From contig JAPYQX010000001.1 in the NCBI GenBank assembly GCA_029937135.1, positions 5,790-69,789 on the forward strand: DNA of 64,000 nt, read 5' to 3'. The notes under the pieces are model-generated. The model had not been told where the DNA came from. It worked only from the letters and a program-made list of their open reading frames with translations, and did not search any database. Of the stretch, positions 9,303 to 18,486 are shown piece by piece (position 1 is the first letter of the stretch; every line of letters starts with the position of its first letter). A program made the translations under genes and the position numbers. The stretch is from Nitrospinota bacterium (lineage in GTDB: Bacteria > UBA8248).

Positions 9303-10342
9303 TATCCAAGTTCCTCCGAAAGAAACCGCTCGGCGTCCGCCACATCTTCCTTGCAGCCGACGAAAAAGGGAACGCGCTGATGAAGCTCCTCCGGCACGAT
9401 GTCGAGAATGCGGCGCCTGCCGTCGCTCGCCGCGCCTCCGGCCTGCTCGACGATGAAGGCCATCGGGTTGCATTCGTAGAGAAGGCGGAGCTTTCCGTTC
9501 GGATTCATCTTGTCGCCCGGGTAGAGGAATATGCCTCCCTTGAGGAGGTTCCGGTGAAAGTCGGCGACGAGGGAGCCGATGTAGCGGGCCGAGTAGGGGC
9601 GGCCCGAGGCCTTGTCGCTTTCCTTTAGATAGGCGACGTAGCGGGTCACCGGCTCGTCCCACTTCAGGGAGTTTCCCTCGTTGATGCTGTAGATTTTTCC
9701 CCGCGTCGGAATCTTGATGTCGGGGTGCGACAGAAAAAATTCACCAATCGAGGGGTCGAGTGTGAACCCGTTGACGCTGTTTCCGGCCGTGTAGACGAGC
9801 ATGGTCGAGGAGCCGTAAATCACGTATCCGGCGCAGACCTGCTCGGAGCCGGGTTGAAGAAAATCCGCCACCGTCGCCTCGCGGTCCGTGTTCTTTCTTC
9901 TCAGGATGGAAAAAATCGAGCCGATGCTTACGTTCACATCGATATTGGCGGAGCCGTCCAGCGGGTCGTAGACGACAACGTACTCTCCGTCGCCGAGGTA
10001 GTCGCCGGTGATGATATAGGGATCGTCCATTTCCTCGCTGGCCAGCGCGGCGACGGACCCGTGGTGATCCAGGGCTCGGCGGAGCACTTCATCGGCGAAA
10101 GCGTCGAGTTTCTGGACTTCCTCGCCCTGAATATTCGTCCGGCCGGTCAGGCCGAGGATATCCACGAGGCCCGCTTTGTTCACCTGTGCGTTGATGATTT
10201 TAGCGGCAAGAGAAATCTGGCTGATCAGTGTGGTGAAAACGCCCCGGGCCCGCGGAAATTTCCTCTCCTCTTCCTTTACATGCCGCTCAAGGGTAATTCC
10301 TTTTTTGAGCTCGGCCTCGGCCGTTGCCGCTTGTGAACTCAT
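9302..10342 (-). CDS. fbp: fructose-1,6-bisphosphatase class I
   Basis: Start MSSQAATAEA. Metal-binding motifs DPLDGSANID and GYVIYGSSTM, and the ending ...YECNPMAFIVEQAGG are canonical FBPase class I. Confidence 0.9.
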   Translation of the reverse strand: MSSQAATAEAELKKGITLERHVKEEERKFPRARGVFTTLISQISLAAKIINAQVNKAGLVDILGLTGRTNIQGEEVQKLDAFADEVLRRALDHHGSVAALASEEMDDPYIITGDYLGDGEYVVVYDPLDGSANIDVNVSIGSIFSILRRKNTDREATVADFLQPGSEQVCAGYVIYGSSTMLVYTAGNSVNGFTLDPSIGEFFLSHPDIKIPTRGKIYSINEGNSLKWDEPVTRYVAYLKESDKASGRPYSARYIGSLVADFHRNLLKGGIFLYPGDKMNPNGKLRLLYECNPMAFIVEQAGGAASDGRRRILDIVPEELHQRVPFFVGCKEDVADAERFLSEELG

Positions 10343-10422
10343 GGTCTCCGCCTCATTTCGGGAGAGGGTGTTGCATGGGCGATGTTTTATAACACAGGCT
10401 GCCTGATGCGCGATGCTGGCCC

Positions 10423-11451
10423 TTATGCTGCGGCGACTTCCTTTTCCATTTCGGCGGAGTAGGAGCCGGACCGCGCGGCGCCGTTGCATTTGGCGCGATG
10501 ATAAAAAACTTTTTGAGCGTTGGAGACGTTGTCAGACTCGCCGACCCAGGCTTTCAGGGCAGGGGCCTGAAGGGCGCGTCCATAGGAGAAGCTCAACTCC
10601 CATGGGTGGGGGCCGGCGGCGTTCATCGCGTTGAGGTGGGCTGTCGCCTCCTCGTCGGTTTGTCCCCCCGAGAGGAAAGCGATTCCCGTAACGCCGTCCG
10701 GCACGGTGGCTTTCAGGCAGTGCAGGGTCTGCTCGGCCACCTCCTCGACCCCCGCCCGCGAGGAGCAATCCTTGCCGGAGAGGATCATGTTGGGTTTGAG
10801 GATCATTCCCTCGAGGAGGACCCGCTGTTTCGATAGCTCCTCGAAAATGCATTTAAATGTCGCCTCGGAGGCCTCGTAGCAGGTTTCGATTGAGTGGCTG
10901 CCGTCCATGAGGACTTCTGGCTCGACGATGGGGACGAGGCTTGCTTCCTGCGAGAGGGCCGCGTAGCGGGCCAGCGCATGGGTGTTGGTCTCGATGGCGT
11001 AAGGGGTGGGGAGTCCTTCGCCGATGTTGATGACCCCGCGCCATTTCGTGAACCGCGCGCCGAGATCGTAGTACTCCTTCAGGCGGTCGCGGAGCCCGTC
11101 GAGGCCCTCGGTCACCGTCTCTCCGGGAGCGCCGGCGAGCGGTTTCGCGCCCTTGTCCACCTTGATGCCGGGGAGGATGCCCAGACCGGCGAGCAGAGTG
11201 GGAAAAGGGGTTCCGTCCTTGGCGCTTTGGCGAATCGTTTCATCGAAGAGGATGACGCCGCTGATGAACTCCTCGACGCCCTTGGTGGTGAAAAGAAGCT
11301 CCCTGTAGGAGCGGCGGTTTTCCTCGGTGGACGAGATATTGATCGAATCAAAGCGCTTCTTGATGGTGCCGTCGCTTTCGTCCGCGGCGAGAATTCCCTT
11401 GCCGGCTGCCACCATCTTGATTGCGTTGGTCTCGATCTCTTTTGTGCTCAT
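10423..11451 (-). CDS. fba: fructose-bisphosphate aldolase class I
   Basis: 342 aa. ILAADES, Schiff-base lysine region and ...GRALQ motifs are present. Confidence 0.9.
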   Translation of the reverse strand: MSTKEIETNAIKMVAAGKGILAADESDGTIKKRFDSINISSTEENRRSYRELLFTTKGVEEFISGVILFDETIRQSAKDGTPFPTLLAGLGILPGIKVDKGAKPLAGAPGETVTEGLDGLRDRLKEYYDLGARFTKWRGVINIGEGLPTPYAIETNTHALARYAALSQEASLVPIVEPEVLMDGSHSIETCYEASEATFKCIFEELSKQRVLLEGMILKPNMILSGKDCSSRAGVEEVAEQTLHCLKATVPDGVTGIAFLSGGQTDEEATAHLNAMNAAGPHPWELSFSYGRALQAPALKAWVGESDNVSNAQKVFYHRAKCNGAARSGSYSAEMEKEVAAA

Positions 11452-11585
11452 TACTCCGCCCCCCTGCTGGACAAAATGTTAGGTAACCGGACTTCGGTCC
11501 TCTGAAATATTAATATAGGATTTAATCCCCTCGAGCGTTCGGGAATTTTAACAAATCTTCCGCCGGATAGAAACATTTGAGATGA

Positions 11586-11607
11586 CCCACCACCAAGGGG
11601 TGGTGGG
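11586..11607. other. strong 9-bp-stem hairpin (CCCACCACC-AAGG-GGTGGTGGG) in the fba leader / divergent promoter region
   Basis: Seen directly in the sequence. No U-tract follows on either strand. Confidence 0.5.
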
Positions 11608-11631
11608 GCCCGGCCCCGGATCCGTTTAAGA

Positions 11632-11960
11632 GAAATAGTCTATATTCCCCGGGCGGTATTTGGAATCGGGGTGCCCCTTCGCCAGGGAGCGAATCGAGGC
11701 CGCGGGGGTGTGTTGAGGCCGGTGTTGAGGGTGGAAGCTGGAGGCCGGGCCGGGTTATTGGCGAAATAGTCTATATTTCCCCCGGGCGGCGTCTGAATTC
11801 TGGGCCGCCAAGGGGCGAAGGGGCCCGGCGTCAAGGGGCGAAGGGGCCTGGCGCCATGGGGCGCGGCGTCAAGATGAGTCCCGGCCGCGCATAGCGGGTG
11901 AGGCCGTCCGGCCTGATGGCGGGAGACCTTGATGGCAGTAGGTCTTGATGGCAGCAGGTC
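11632..11960. repeat. cluster of short direct and tandem repeats in the 550-bp fba/MFS intergenic region
   Basis: GAAATAGTCTATATT(T)CCCC(C)GGGCGG occurs at 11632-11656 and 11763-11789. CAAGGGGCGAAGGGGCC occurs twice in tandem (about 11808-11853). TTGATGGCAG(T/C)AGGTC occurs twice in tandem (about 11928-11960). Confidence 0.5.
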
Positions 11961-12002
11961 TGGATGACAGGAGGGGCGGCCGGGGATGCCAAGGATGCGA
12001 AG

Positions 12003-13181
12003 ATGAAAAAGGGGTTTGGGGCGCCCGCCGTCTGGCGGATTCCGGCGTTTTATTTTTTCCATTTCTTCGGCGTGGGCGTCACCCTCCCGTTCCTGAACGT
12101 CTTCTACCATTCGGTTGGGATCACGGCGGCCCAGCTCGGTTATTTGAACGCCGCGGCCAGGATATCGACCTCTCTGGTGCCTCTGCTGGTCGGGGCGCTG
12201 GCCGACAGGCTGCGCCGCTGCCGCGTGATTATGCTTGTCTGCGTAGCGGTGAGCAGCCTTGCCGTCCTGGGTTTTTGGTGGCGGGGCGGCTTCTGGTATT
12301 TTCTTGTGCTGATTTCCCTGTATTCGGCCTTCCGGGGGGCGATTGGCCCCATCGCGGAAAATGTCTCGCTCCGGCAGGTTGAGGCCAGCGGCGGTGAGTA
12401 TGGCCGCCTTAGATGGTGGGGTTCGCTGGGGTTTATTGTCGCCGCGCTGTTGGTTGGAAGGCTTATCGAGGTATATTCGATCAGCCTGATGTTTCCCGTG
12501 TTGTTCATTAGCGGGATGATTTTGATGGGCGTGGTCACGGCCTTCCCCCGGGAATGGGAGGGAACGGGGTCCGGCTTTCGAGGCAATCTGAAAGAGCTCC
12601 TGAAGAACAAACAGCTGATCAATTTTTTTTGCGCCGCCATTTTGGCCGCTGTGAGTTCGGGGCCGTTTGGCCTTTATTTCAGTATCTATCTCGGTGAACT
12701 CGGTTCATCGGCTTTTATTATCGGGCTGGCCTGGACGGTGGGCGTTGTCAGCGAGATTTTCTTCTTGTGGTTCGCCGGGAGCATTCAAAACCGAATCGGG
12801 CTTAAAGCGATGATAGCCCTGGGAATTTTTGCCTCGGCTTTCAGGTGGGAGTTCACGGCCTGGACGACGAATGTCTCGATCCTGATAGCGATTCAGGCGC
12901 TTCACGGCATTACTTTTGGCCTATACCACGTCGGAGCGGTTCAATACGTAGACCGGATGAGCGGCGATGCGATCAAGAACACGGGCCAGGCGCTTTATAG
13001 CGCCGCCACTTTCGGGGTCGGTTCCACCGCCGGGGTATTGCTGGCCGGATGGCTTCTCCCCTCCCTGGGATTTATCGTGTTGATGCATATGGGCGCGGTG
13101 CTGGCGCTGATCGCAGGGGTTTGGTTTGTCGTATCCACGAATATTCAACCCGCCGAAACCCCGGCGCCCGGCGGTTTTTGA
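12003..13181 (+). CDS. MFS transporter
   Basis: Start MKKGFGAPAVW. Twelve predicted TM helices and the GALADRLRRC motif between TM2 and TM3. Confidence 0.8.
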   Translation: MKKGFGAPAVWRIPAFYFFHFFGVGVTLPFLNVFYHSVGITAAQLGYLNAAARISTSLVPLLVGALADRLRRCRVIMLVCVAVSSLAVLGFWWRGGFWYFLVLISLYSAFRGAIGPIAENVSLRQVEASGGEYGRLRWWGSLGFIVAALLVGRLIEVYSISLMFPVLFISGMILMGVVTAFPREWEGTGSGFRGNLKELLKNKQLINFFCAAILAAVSSGPFGLYFSIYLGELGSSAFIIGLAWTVGVVSEIFFLWFAGSIQNRIGLKAMIALGIFASAFRWEFTAWTTNVSILIAIQALHGITFGLYHVGAVQYVDRMSGDAIKNTGQALYSAATFGVGSTAGVLLAGWLLPSLGFIVLMHMGAVLALIAGVWFVVSTNIQPAETPAPGGF

Positions 13182-13207
13182 CGAAAAAGATGTTACGGGA
13201 GACCCGG

Positions 13208-13438
13208 TTATGGGATTTGAAGCAGGACCGCGACGCCGCCTTTTTCGCCCGGCCCGGATGAAACAAGTTGAATGCCCTCGGCCTGAGCGCTTTGTGGAAC
13301 GCTTGTCGAGGGCTCCCCTTCGTCGAGCCATACTTCGAGGGTTTCACCGGGTTTCATTTCCTCGAGCGCGAGTTTTGTCCGCACCCAGGTCATCGGGCAG
13401 ATTTCTCCGAGGAGGTCCAGGGTTTTATCGGGCTTCAT
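13208..13438 (-). CDS. TusA-family sulfurtransferase-like protein
   Basis: A CPxP motif (LGEICPMTWV) in a 77-aa protein. Confidence 0.7.
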   Translation of the reverse strand: MKPDKTLDLLGEICPMTWVRTKLALEEMKPGETLEVWLDEGEPSTSVPQSAQAEGIQLVSSGPGEKGGVAVLLQIP

Positions 13439-13479
13439 TTCCGCTCCATTTTTCAAATTTAGAGTTCATAACGTGACCC

Positions 13480-14211
13480 ATGGGTGATCCTGCCATTTTT
13501 TTGACCGGAACCGGAACCGGCGTCGGGAAAACAGTCGTTGCTTGCGCTCTTGCGCTCCGGTGGGCCGCTCAAGGCCGCCGGCCGCGCGTTTACAAGCCGG
13601 CGGAATCGGGGTGTGAATTAAAGAGCGAGGGTCTTTATCCGGCGGACGCAACGGCGCTGAAGGCGGCGGCGGGCGACGGGCGGCCCCTGAGTGAGATTTG
13701 CCAGTATCGCTATGCGCTTCCGATGGCTCCGGCGCACGCGGCCGAGGAGGAGGGAAATCCGCCGGAGATCGAAAAAATCGTGGACGCCATCAGTGAATTG
13801 CGCTCCCGGCCGGGCCCGCTTCTCGTCGAGGGTGCGGGAGGGCTTCTCGTCCCCCTGGGGCCGGGGACGCGGATGAGCGATGTGGCGAGGCGGTGCAGGC
13901 TCGATGTTTTGATCGTGGCTCCCCTGGGGCTGGGTACGCTCAACGACACCCAGATGACCGTGCGGGTGGCCAGGGAGGAGGGGCTTTCCGTTGCCGGGAT
14001 TATTCTGAACGATTTGACCGGGATGGAATCCCCCTCCACGCGGCGAAACCCCTCGGCCATCGAAGAGCTGTGCGACGCTCCCTTGCTGGGTGTATTTCCG
14101 CATATTTCCGGTCTTGATTCCGGCATGAAAGAAAGTACGGAAGCAGGGTCGATAGCCGCCCGGCGGCTCGGCGAGGCAATTAACTACGTCGGTTGGAATT
14201 CGCTCGGGTGA
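13480..14211 (+). CDS. bioD: dethiobiotin synthetase
   Basis: P-loop TGTGVGKTVV, EGAGG and IVAPLGLGTLN motifs. Confidence 0.8.
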   Translation: MGDPAIFLTGTGTGVGKTVVACALALRWAAQGRRPRVYKPAESGCELKSEGLYPADATALKAAAGDGRPLSEICQYRYALPMAPAHAAEEEGNPPEIEKIVDAISELRSRPGPLLVEGAGGLLVPLGPGTRMSDVARRCRLDVLIVAPLGLGTLNDTQMTVRVAREEGLSVAGIILNDLTGMESPSTRRNPSAIEELCDAPLLGVFPHISGLDSGMKESTEAGSIAARRLGEAINYVGWNSLG

Positions 14212-14230
14212 GGGTTCGTCAGACGGCTCG

Positions 14231-15238
14231 TTAGTTCGTGGCTCCGGCGGCCGGGCCATTCAGGAAATGTTCCCTCAAATCGGTGATCTGCTCGGGGCGG
14301 CCCATGGCGTAAAGAATATCCCCATCGGCGATGGTATAATCCGCGCCCGGATTAAAAGTCATTTCTTCTCCCGTCCGAACCGCCAGGATGTATACGCCGG
14401 TTTCCTGACTAATCCTCGAGTCGCGGAGCGTTTTCCCTACCAGGGGGGGATCCCTGGAAATTTCGGCCTCCTCAAAATCCCAGTCTTTCGAGGTGTAGCC
14501 CGAAATCGTGTCGAAGAAATTCGCCAGTTTCGGCCGCAGTACGGATTCCGCCATTCGCAGGCCGCCCATCGTATAGGGCGAGATAACGCGGCTGGCGCCT
14601 GCATCGCGGAGCTTTGGAATCGCGCTGTCCCGGGCGGCCCTGGCCACGACGAAAAGACTCCTGTTCAGCCGCCGGGCGGAAAGGGTAACGAATACATTTT
14701 CCGCGTCGGTGGGCATGGAGCTGATGAGACCGACGGCTCGCTCCACCCCGGCCTCGATAAGCACATCGTCGTTGGTCGCGTTTCCGATGACCACGTGGAT
14801 GTCCTCGTCGATGAGTTGCGCGGCTTTTTCCGGGTTGTTCTCTATCACAACGTAGGCCCGGCCTTCCCGCCGGAATTCACGGCAAATAACAAATCCAATC
14901 CGGCCGTATCCGCAAATGACATGGTGCCCGTGTAGTTTATGAATTTCGCGCACTCTCTTTCGCCTCCCGAAAATTTGACGGACCCGCCCCTCGATCATGA
15001 TCTCGGCGATACCCGCCATGACATAAAATACAGCCCCGACACCCAGGATGAGAAGCGTGGCGGTGAACATTCTCCCCGCCGGACTCAGTGGCCTGACCTC
15101 CCCGTAGCCGACGGTCGTGATGGAGATAATGGTCATGTAAAACGCTTCGTTCAGCGGCCACCCTTCGATCAGAGTGTATCCGAGTGTTCCGAATACGGTG
15201 ATTCCAAGAAGGATTGCGCCGAAATAGAAAAAATGCAT
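14231..15238 (-). CDS. potassium channel with RCK (TrkA-N) and TrkA-C domains (MthK-like)
   Basis: Two TM helices flank the selectivity filter TTVGYGE. A Rossmann-type fold (ICGYGRIG) is followed by a TrkA-C region. Confidence 0.85.
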   Translation of the reverse strand: MHFFYFGAILLGITVFGTLGYTLIEGWPLNEAFYMTIISITTVGYGEVRPLSPAGRMFTATLLILGVGAVFYVMAGIAEIMIEGRVRQIFGRRKRVREIHKLHGHHVICGYGRIGFVICREFRREGRAYVVIENNPEKAAQLIDEDIHVVIGNATNDDVLIEAGVERAVGLISSMPTDAENVFVTLSARRLNRSLFVVARAARDSAIPKLRDAGASRVISPYTMGGLRMAESVLRPKLANFFDTISGYTSKDWDFEEAEISRDPPLVGKTLRDSRISQETGVYILAVRTGEEMTFNPGADYTIADGDILYAMGRPEQITDLREHFLNGPAAGATN

Positions 15239-15343
15239 GGGCTGGCCTATCTCCTCAAACCGGCAGGGATTTGTCTACACGCATATTATAAGGCCGGGTT
15301 GGGGGATGACGAACCCCGCGAAAAGAACCAGGTCAATCCCGGG

Positions 15344-15386
15344 ATTCGGTGTGCCCAAGATTCGGGGCGCCCAGAATTCGGGGCGA
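15344..15386. repeat. three tandem 15-bp repeats ATTCGG(G/T)G(C/T)GCCCA(A)G, each containing the GGGCGCCC palindrome
   Basis: Located between the TRAP substrate-binding-protein stop and the K-channel start. Confidence 0.4.
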
Positions 15387-16328
15387 TTACCGGCCTTTCT
15401 CGATCAAGGGAAAAAGCTCCCCGCCCAGGCGGCTTCGGGCGTCATTCAAGATGGGCTCGACGGCCTCCACGAAAACCTTGCGTTCCGGTGGAGTCAGGTC
15501 AACGATTTCGATGCCTTCTTCCTCGAGTTGGATGCGAAGCGCTTTTTCCTTGGAAAGGGCCAGCTCGCGCTGGACCCGGATGGCCTCGCGCGCCGACTCC
15601 CGGACGGCGATCCGCACGTCTTCGGGCCAGGAGTCGAAGCTTTCCTTGTGGATGTACAGACCCCGCGCTCCGAAAAAATGCGCGCTCAGGGTGATGTGAT
15701 TGTGATGATCGGTCACCCCGTAGGTGACGGTATTCGCCAGGGGGTTTTCCTGGGCGTCAACTTCGTGCGAGACGATTTTTTCGATCCCCTCTTTTAAATC
15801 GACCGGGACGGGAATGGCTCCCAACAACTCGAAAGTTTTTATGTGGACCTCGTTGGGCTGGAGCCTGATGCGCATGCCCTTGAGATCGGCGGGCGCCCGG
15901 ACGGGGCGGAGTAGATTAGACAGGTGGCGAAATCCATTGTCCCAGTAACCCATCACGCGGTATCCGGTGTGCTCTTCCGTTTTTTCGGTGAGATATTTTC
16001 CCAGCGCGCCGTCGAGGGCGGAGTGGGCGCTTTCTTCATTTTCAAATACAAAGGGCAGGTCGATGATCTCGAGCTGATAGAGCTCGGGAAAAAGACTCGT
16101 CAGATAACTGGTGGAGAAGTAGCACATCGTCAGAAGACCGCACTCCACCATCGAAAGAAGGTCGTCCGCGCGGTAGCCAAAATCGAGAATGTTCCAATAA
16201 ACATCGACATCAACAGCGTTTCCCAACCGCTTTTCAAGACACTCCTTGAAATGGATTGAGGCTTGGCTGTGGGTGGAGTCCGGTGGAGAATATCCCGCGA
16301 GCCGGAATTTGATTGCCTGGGTCATGGG
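15387..16328 (-). CDS. TRAP transporter substrate-binding protein (DctP family), orphan
   Basis: Start MTQAIKF. The DctP-type fold ends with ...HFFGARGLYI... No DctQ or DctM genes are adjacent. Confidence 0.8.
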   Translation of the reverse strand, partial: PMTQAIKFRLAGYSPPDSTHSQASIHFKECLEKRLGNAVDVDVYWNILDFGYRADDLLSMVECGLLTMCYFSTSYLTSLFPELYQLEIIDLPFVFENEESAHSALDGALGKYLTEKTEEHTGYRVMGYWDNGFRHLSNLLRPVRAPADLKGMRIRLQPNEVHIKTFELLGAIPVPVDLKEGIEKIVSHEVDAQENPLANTVTYGVTDHHNHITLSAHFFGARGLYIHKESFDSWPEDVRIAVRESAREAIRVQRELALSKEKALRIQLEEEGIEIVDLTPPERKVFVEAVEPILNDARSRLGGELFPLIEKGR

Positions 16329-16560
16329 GAATCCTTTTGTTATTCGAGCAAAATTCAAGACTAGCACATGAAATTCAGGGTATGGTTAATTTGAGAAATT
16401 CATGTAAAATATTGATTTAAATTGTTTTGTGCTGTAATTTTCGCTGTTTGTTTTCTTCCGGAAAAGAATAACATCTCCTTGACGCTTATTTATCTATTGG
16501 GCATGGTTCGTGTCCTGAAATTCGAGATCTGGCTCAGGCATCTTGGGAGAGTAAAAAAGA

Positions 16561-17157
16561 ATGGCAACCCTTCAAGAACAACTTTTTGTCCAAGTCGCTA
16601 CCCGCTCGTTGAATCTGTTGGCCAAGAATCTTCAAAAAAAGTACGAACCCAAAAAAGGAGACCGATTCAGCGTCAAGGGAATTACATATGAAATCGGTCC
16701 GCCTCGTTATGTGGACGACGGAATTCGTTTTGAGATCAGCAGCAAGATTCCGGGCGACGAGTTTCCGTCCGGCTATAACGAATCAAAGTATTTCAAGGAA
16801 ATCGAAAAGGTTTGCCAAAAATCCACTAAAAAACCCAGCTCCACCGATATGGAAAACATTATCCGCGAAACGCGGGACCAGGAACGAAAAGAGCGCGATT
16901 ACGTAAAATTGGCCTATCAATACGCCAAGAGCGAACTTTACGATGAAAGCGAAATTTTAAAAGAGGTCGAGAAATTTTCTAAAAACCCGGACCTCGAAAT
17001 TCCTCCTGCCGTGCCGGGCGCGAATACTCTCGCGGCCAGGTTGATTTTGGACCACCTTGAAGGAAGCCTGCTTGAATCGGCGGAAAAGAATATCGAAGGT
17101 CTCATCAAGGCGAACGATTTCGTCCGCTCGGGGTTCAAGAAAGCAAAGGGAAAGTAA
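16561..17157 (+). CDS. hypothetical protein encoded in a low-GC island
   Basis: 198 aa with no recognisable domain. The gene is about 48% GC, against a 62-65% background. It is preceded by a 230-bp AT-rich region and ends 12 nt before nagA. Confidence 0.5.
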   Translation: MATLQEQLFVQVATRSLNLLAKNLQKKYEPKKGDRFSVKGITYEIGPPRYVDDGIRFEISSKIPGDEFPSGYNESKYFKEIEKVCQKSTKKPSSTDMENIIRETRDQERKERDYVKLAYQYAKSELYDESEILKEVEKFSKNPDLEIPPAVPGANTLAARLILDHLEGSLLESAEKNIEGLIKANDFVRSGFKKAKGK

Positions 17158-17168
17158 CATTCTCCTCC

Positions 17169-18401
17169 GTGCCCATGACCCCGCTTATCGCGATTACCGG
17201 ATGCGCGGTCAGATCGCCGCTTGAACATATATCCAACGCCCTGATCCTCGTGGATCAGGGCGTTGTTTCTTATGTCGGGCCTTTGGGTTCGCTTCCAATA
17301 CCCCAAAATGCGGAAACCCTGGATCTCGGCGGGCGGGTGGCTTGTCCCGGTTTTATCGACCTCCAAGTGAACGGCCTGGGCGGCTACGCGGTGATGGCCG
17401 GCGAGGCCGCCGGCGTCAGGGCGATGGCCCTTGAACTGGCCTCGCGCGGAACCACGTCGTTTCTTCCCACCCTTACAACATCCTCGAAAGACCATCTTTT
17501 GGCCTCGGCCTCGGCCGTGCGCCAGGCGTGGGAAACTCTTGAAAAGGAAAATATCCCCGCCGCCTTGATTTTGGGCGTACATCTCGAGGGCCCCTATTTT
17601 TCAAAAATCATGGCGGGCGCGCATCCGCCCGAGCACATCCGGCCGATTGATCTCGAAGAGATCGAACTCATCGCGGAGGCCTCGGGGGGGTGGGGGGCGG
17701 AGGGCCGTCCGGGGCTCCGGCTGGTCACGCTCTCCCCCGAGCTCGAAGGCGCTCCCGAGGCGGTCCGCTGGCTCGGGGAGCGCGGCGTCCTGGCCGCGAT
17801 GGGGCACACGGCGGCTTCGGACCATAGGGTGGAGGCGTTCATATCCGCTGGAGGAGCGTTCGCGGTCCATGCCTATAACCGCTACGGCTCGCCCGGAGAT
17901 GCCGATTCTCCGGAGGGGAGCCCTCCCGATCACCGCTCCCCGGGGCCGATGGCGGCCGTGGGTTCTGACCCCGGGCTAATGGCGGGCATCATCGCGGATG
18001 GCGTCCACGTACACCCAAAAGTAGTTTCCGAATTTATCCAGATAAAAGGCTGGTTCCGGACGGTTCTCACTTCCGACCTTGTGTCCGGCGGCGGGCTTTC
18101 AGGGAGTGAAAATACACAAGCTTCCAGGTTCGCCGTTAAGCATGAAGGTATTTTGACCGGAAGCCGCTTATCCGTCGGGGAGATGATCCCGCTGATTAAA
18201 AAATGGTGCCCGTTGGACGATAGCCGTATCCTGGCGCTCGCCACCTGGAACCCTGCGAGGCTTCTTGGGGCGCCGGGGGAAATAGGCTGCCTGCGCCCGG
18301 GCGCGAGGGCGGATATCTGCTTCCTCGACCCGGGATCCCTGGAGGTATCAAGAGTGATTGCTGGCGGCGAATGGGTTTCCGGCTCCCCGCCCCGGGGGTG
18401 A
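17169..18401 (+). CDS. nagA: N-acetylglucosamine-6-phosphate deacetylase
   Basis: PGFIDLQVNGLGG, LPTLTTSS, GVHLEGPYF, GHTAAS and GIIADGVHV correspond to conserved NagA blocks. One low-complexity insertion is present. Confidence 0.8.
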   Translation: MPMTPLIAITGCAVRSPLEHISNALILVDQGVVSYVGPLGSLPIPQNAETLDLGGRVACPGFIDLQVNGLGGYAVMAGEAAGVRAMALELASRGTTSFLPTLTTSSKDHLLASASAVRQAWETLEKENIPAALILGVHLEGPYFSKIMAGAHPPEHIRPIDLEEIELIAEASGGWGAEGRPGLRLVTLSPELEGAPEAVRWLGERGVLAAMGHTAASDHRVEAFISAGGAFAVHAYNRYGSPGDADSPEGSPPDHRSPGPMAAVGSDPGLMAGIIADGVHVHPKVVSEFIQIKGWFRTVLTSDLVSGGGLSGSENTQASRFAVKHEGILTGSRLSVGEMIPLIKKWCPLDDSRILALATWNPARLLGAPGEIGCLRPGARADICFLDPGSLEVSRVIAGGEWVSGSPPRG

Positions 18402-18486
18402 TTTGAAAAGAACTTTCATGTAAATTTACGGGAGAGGCTCCTCTCTCGTCCGTCTGTCCAGGAATTTTTCTCTGACTAGGCGTGTC

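Noticed and set aside
11632-11960. CRISPR array in the repeat-rich fba/MFS intergenic region
   Set aside because: The repeats are of several unrelated sequences with irregular spacing, there is no repeat-spacer periodicity, and no cas genes are present.
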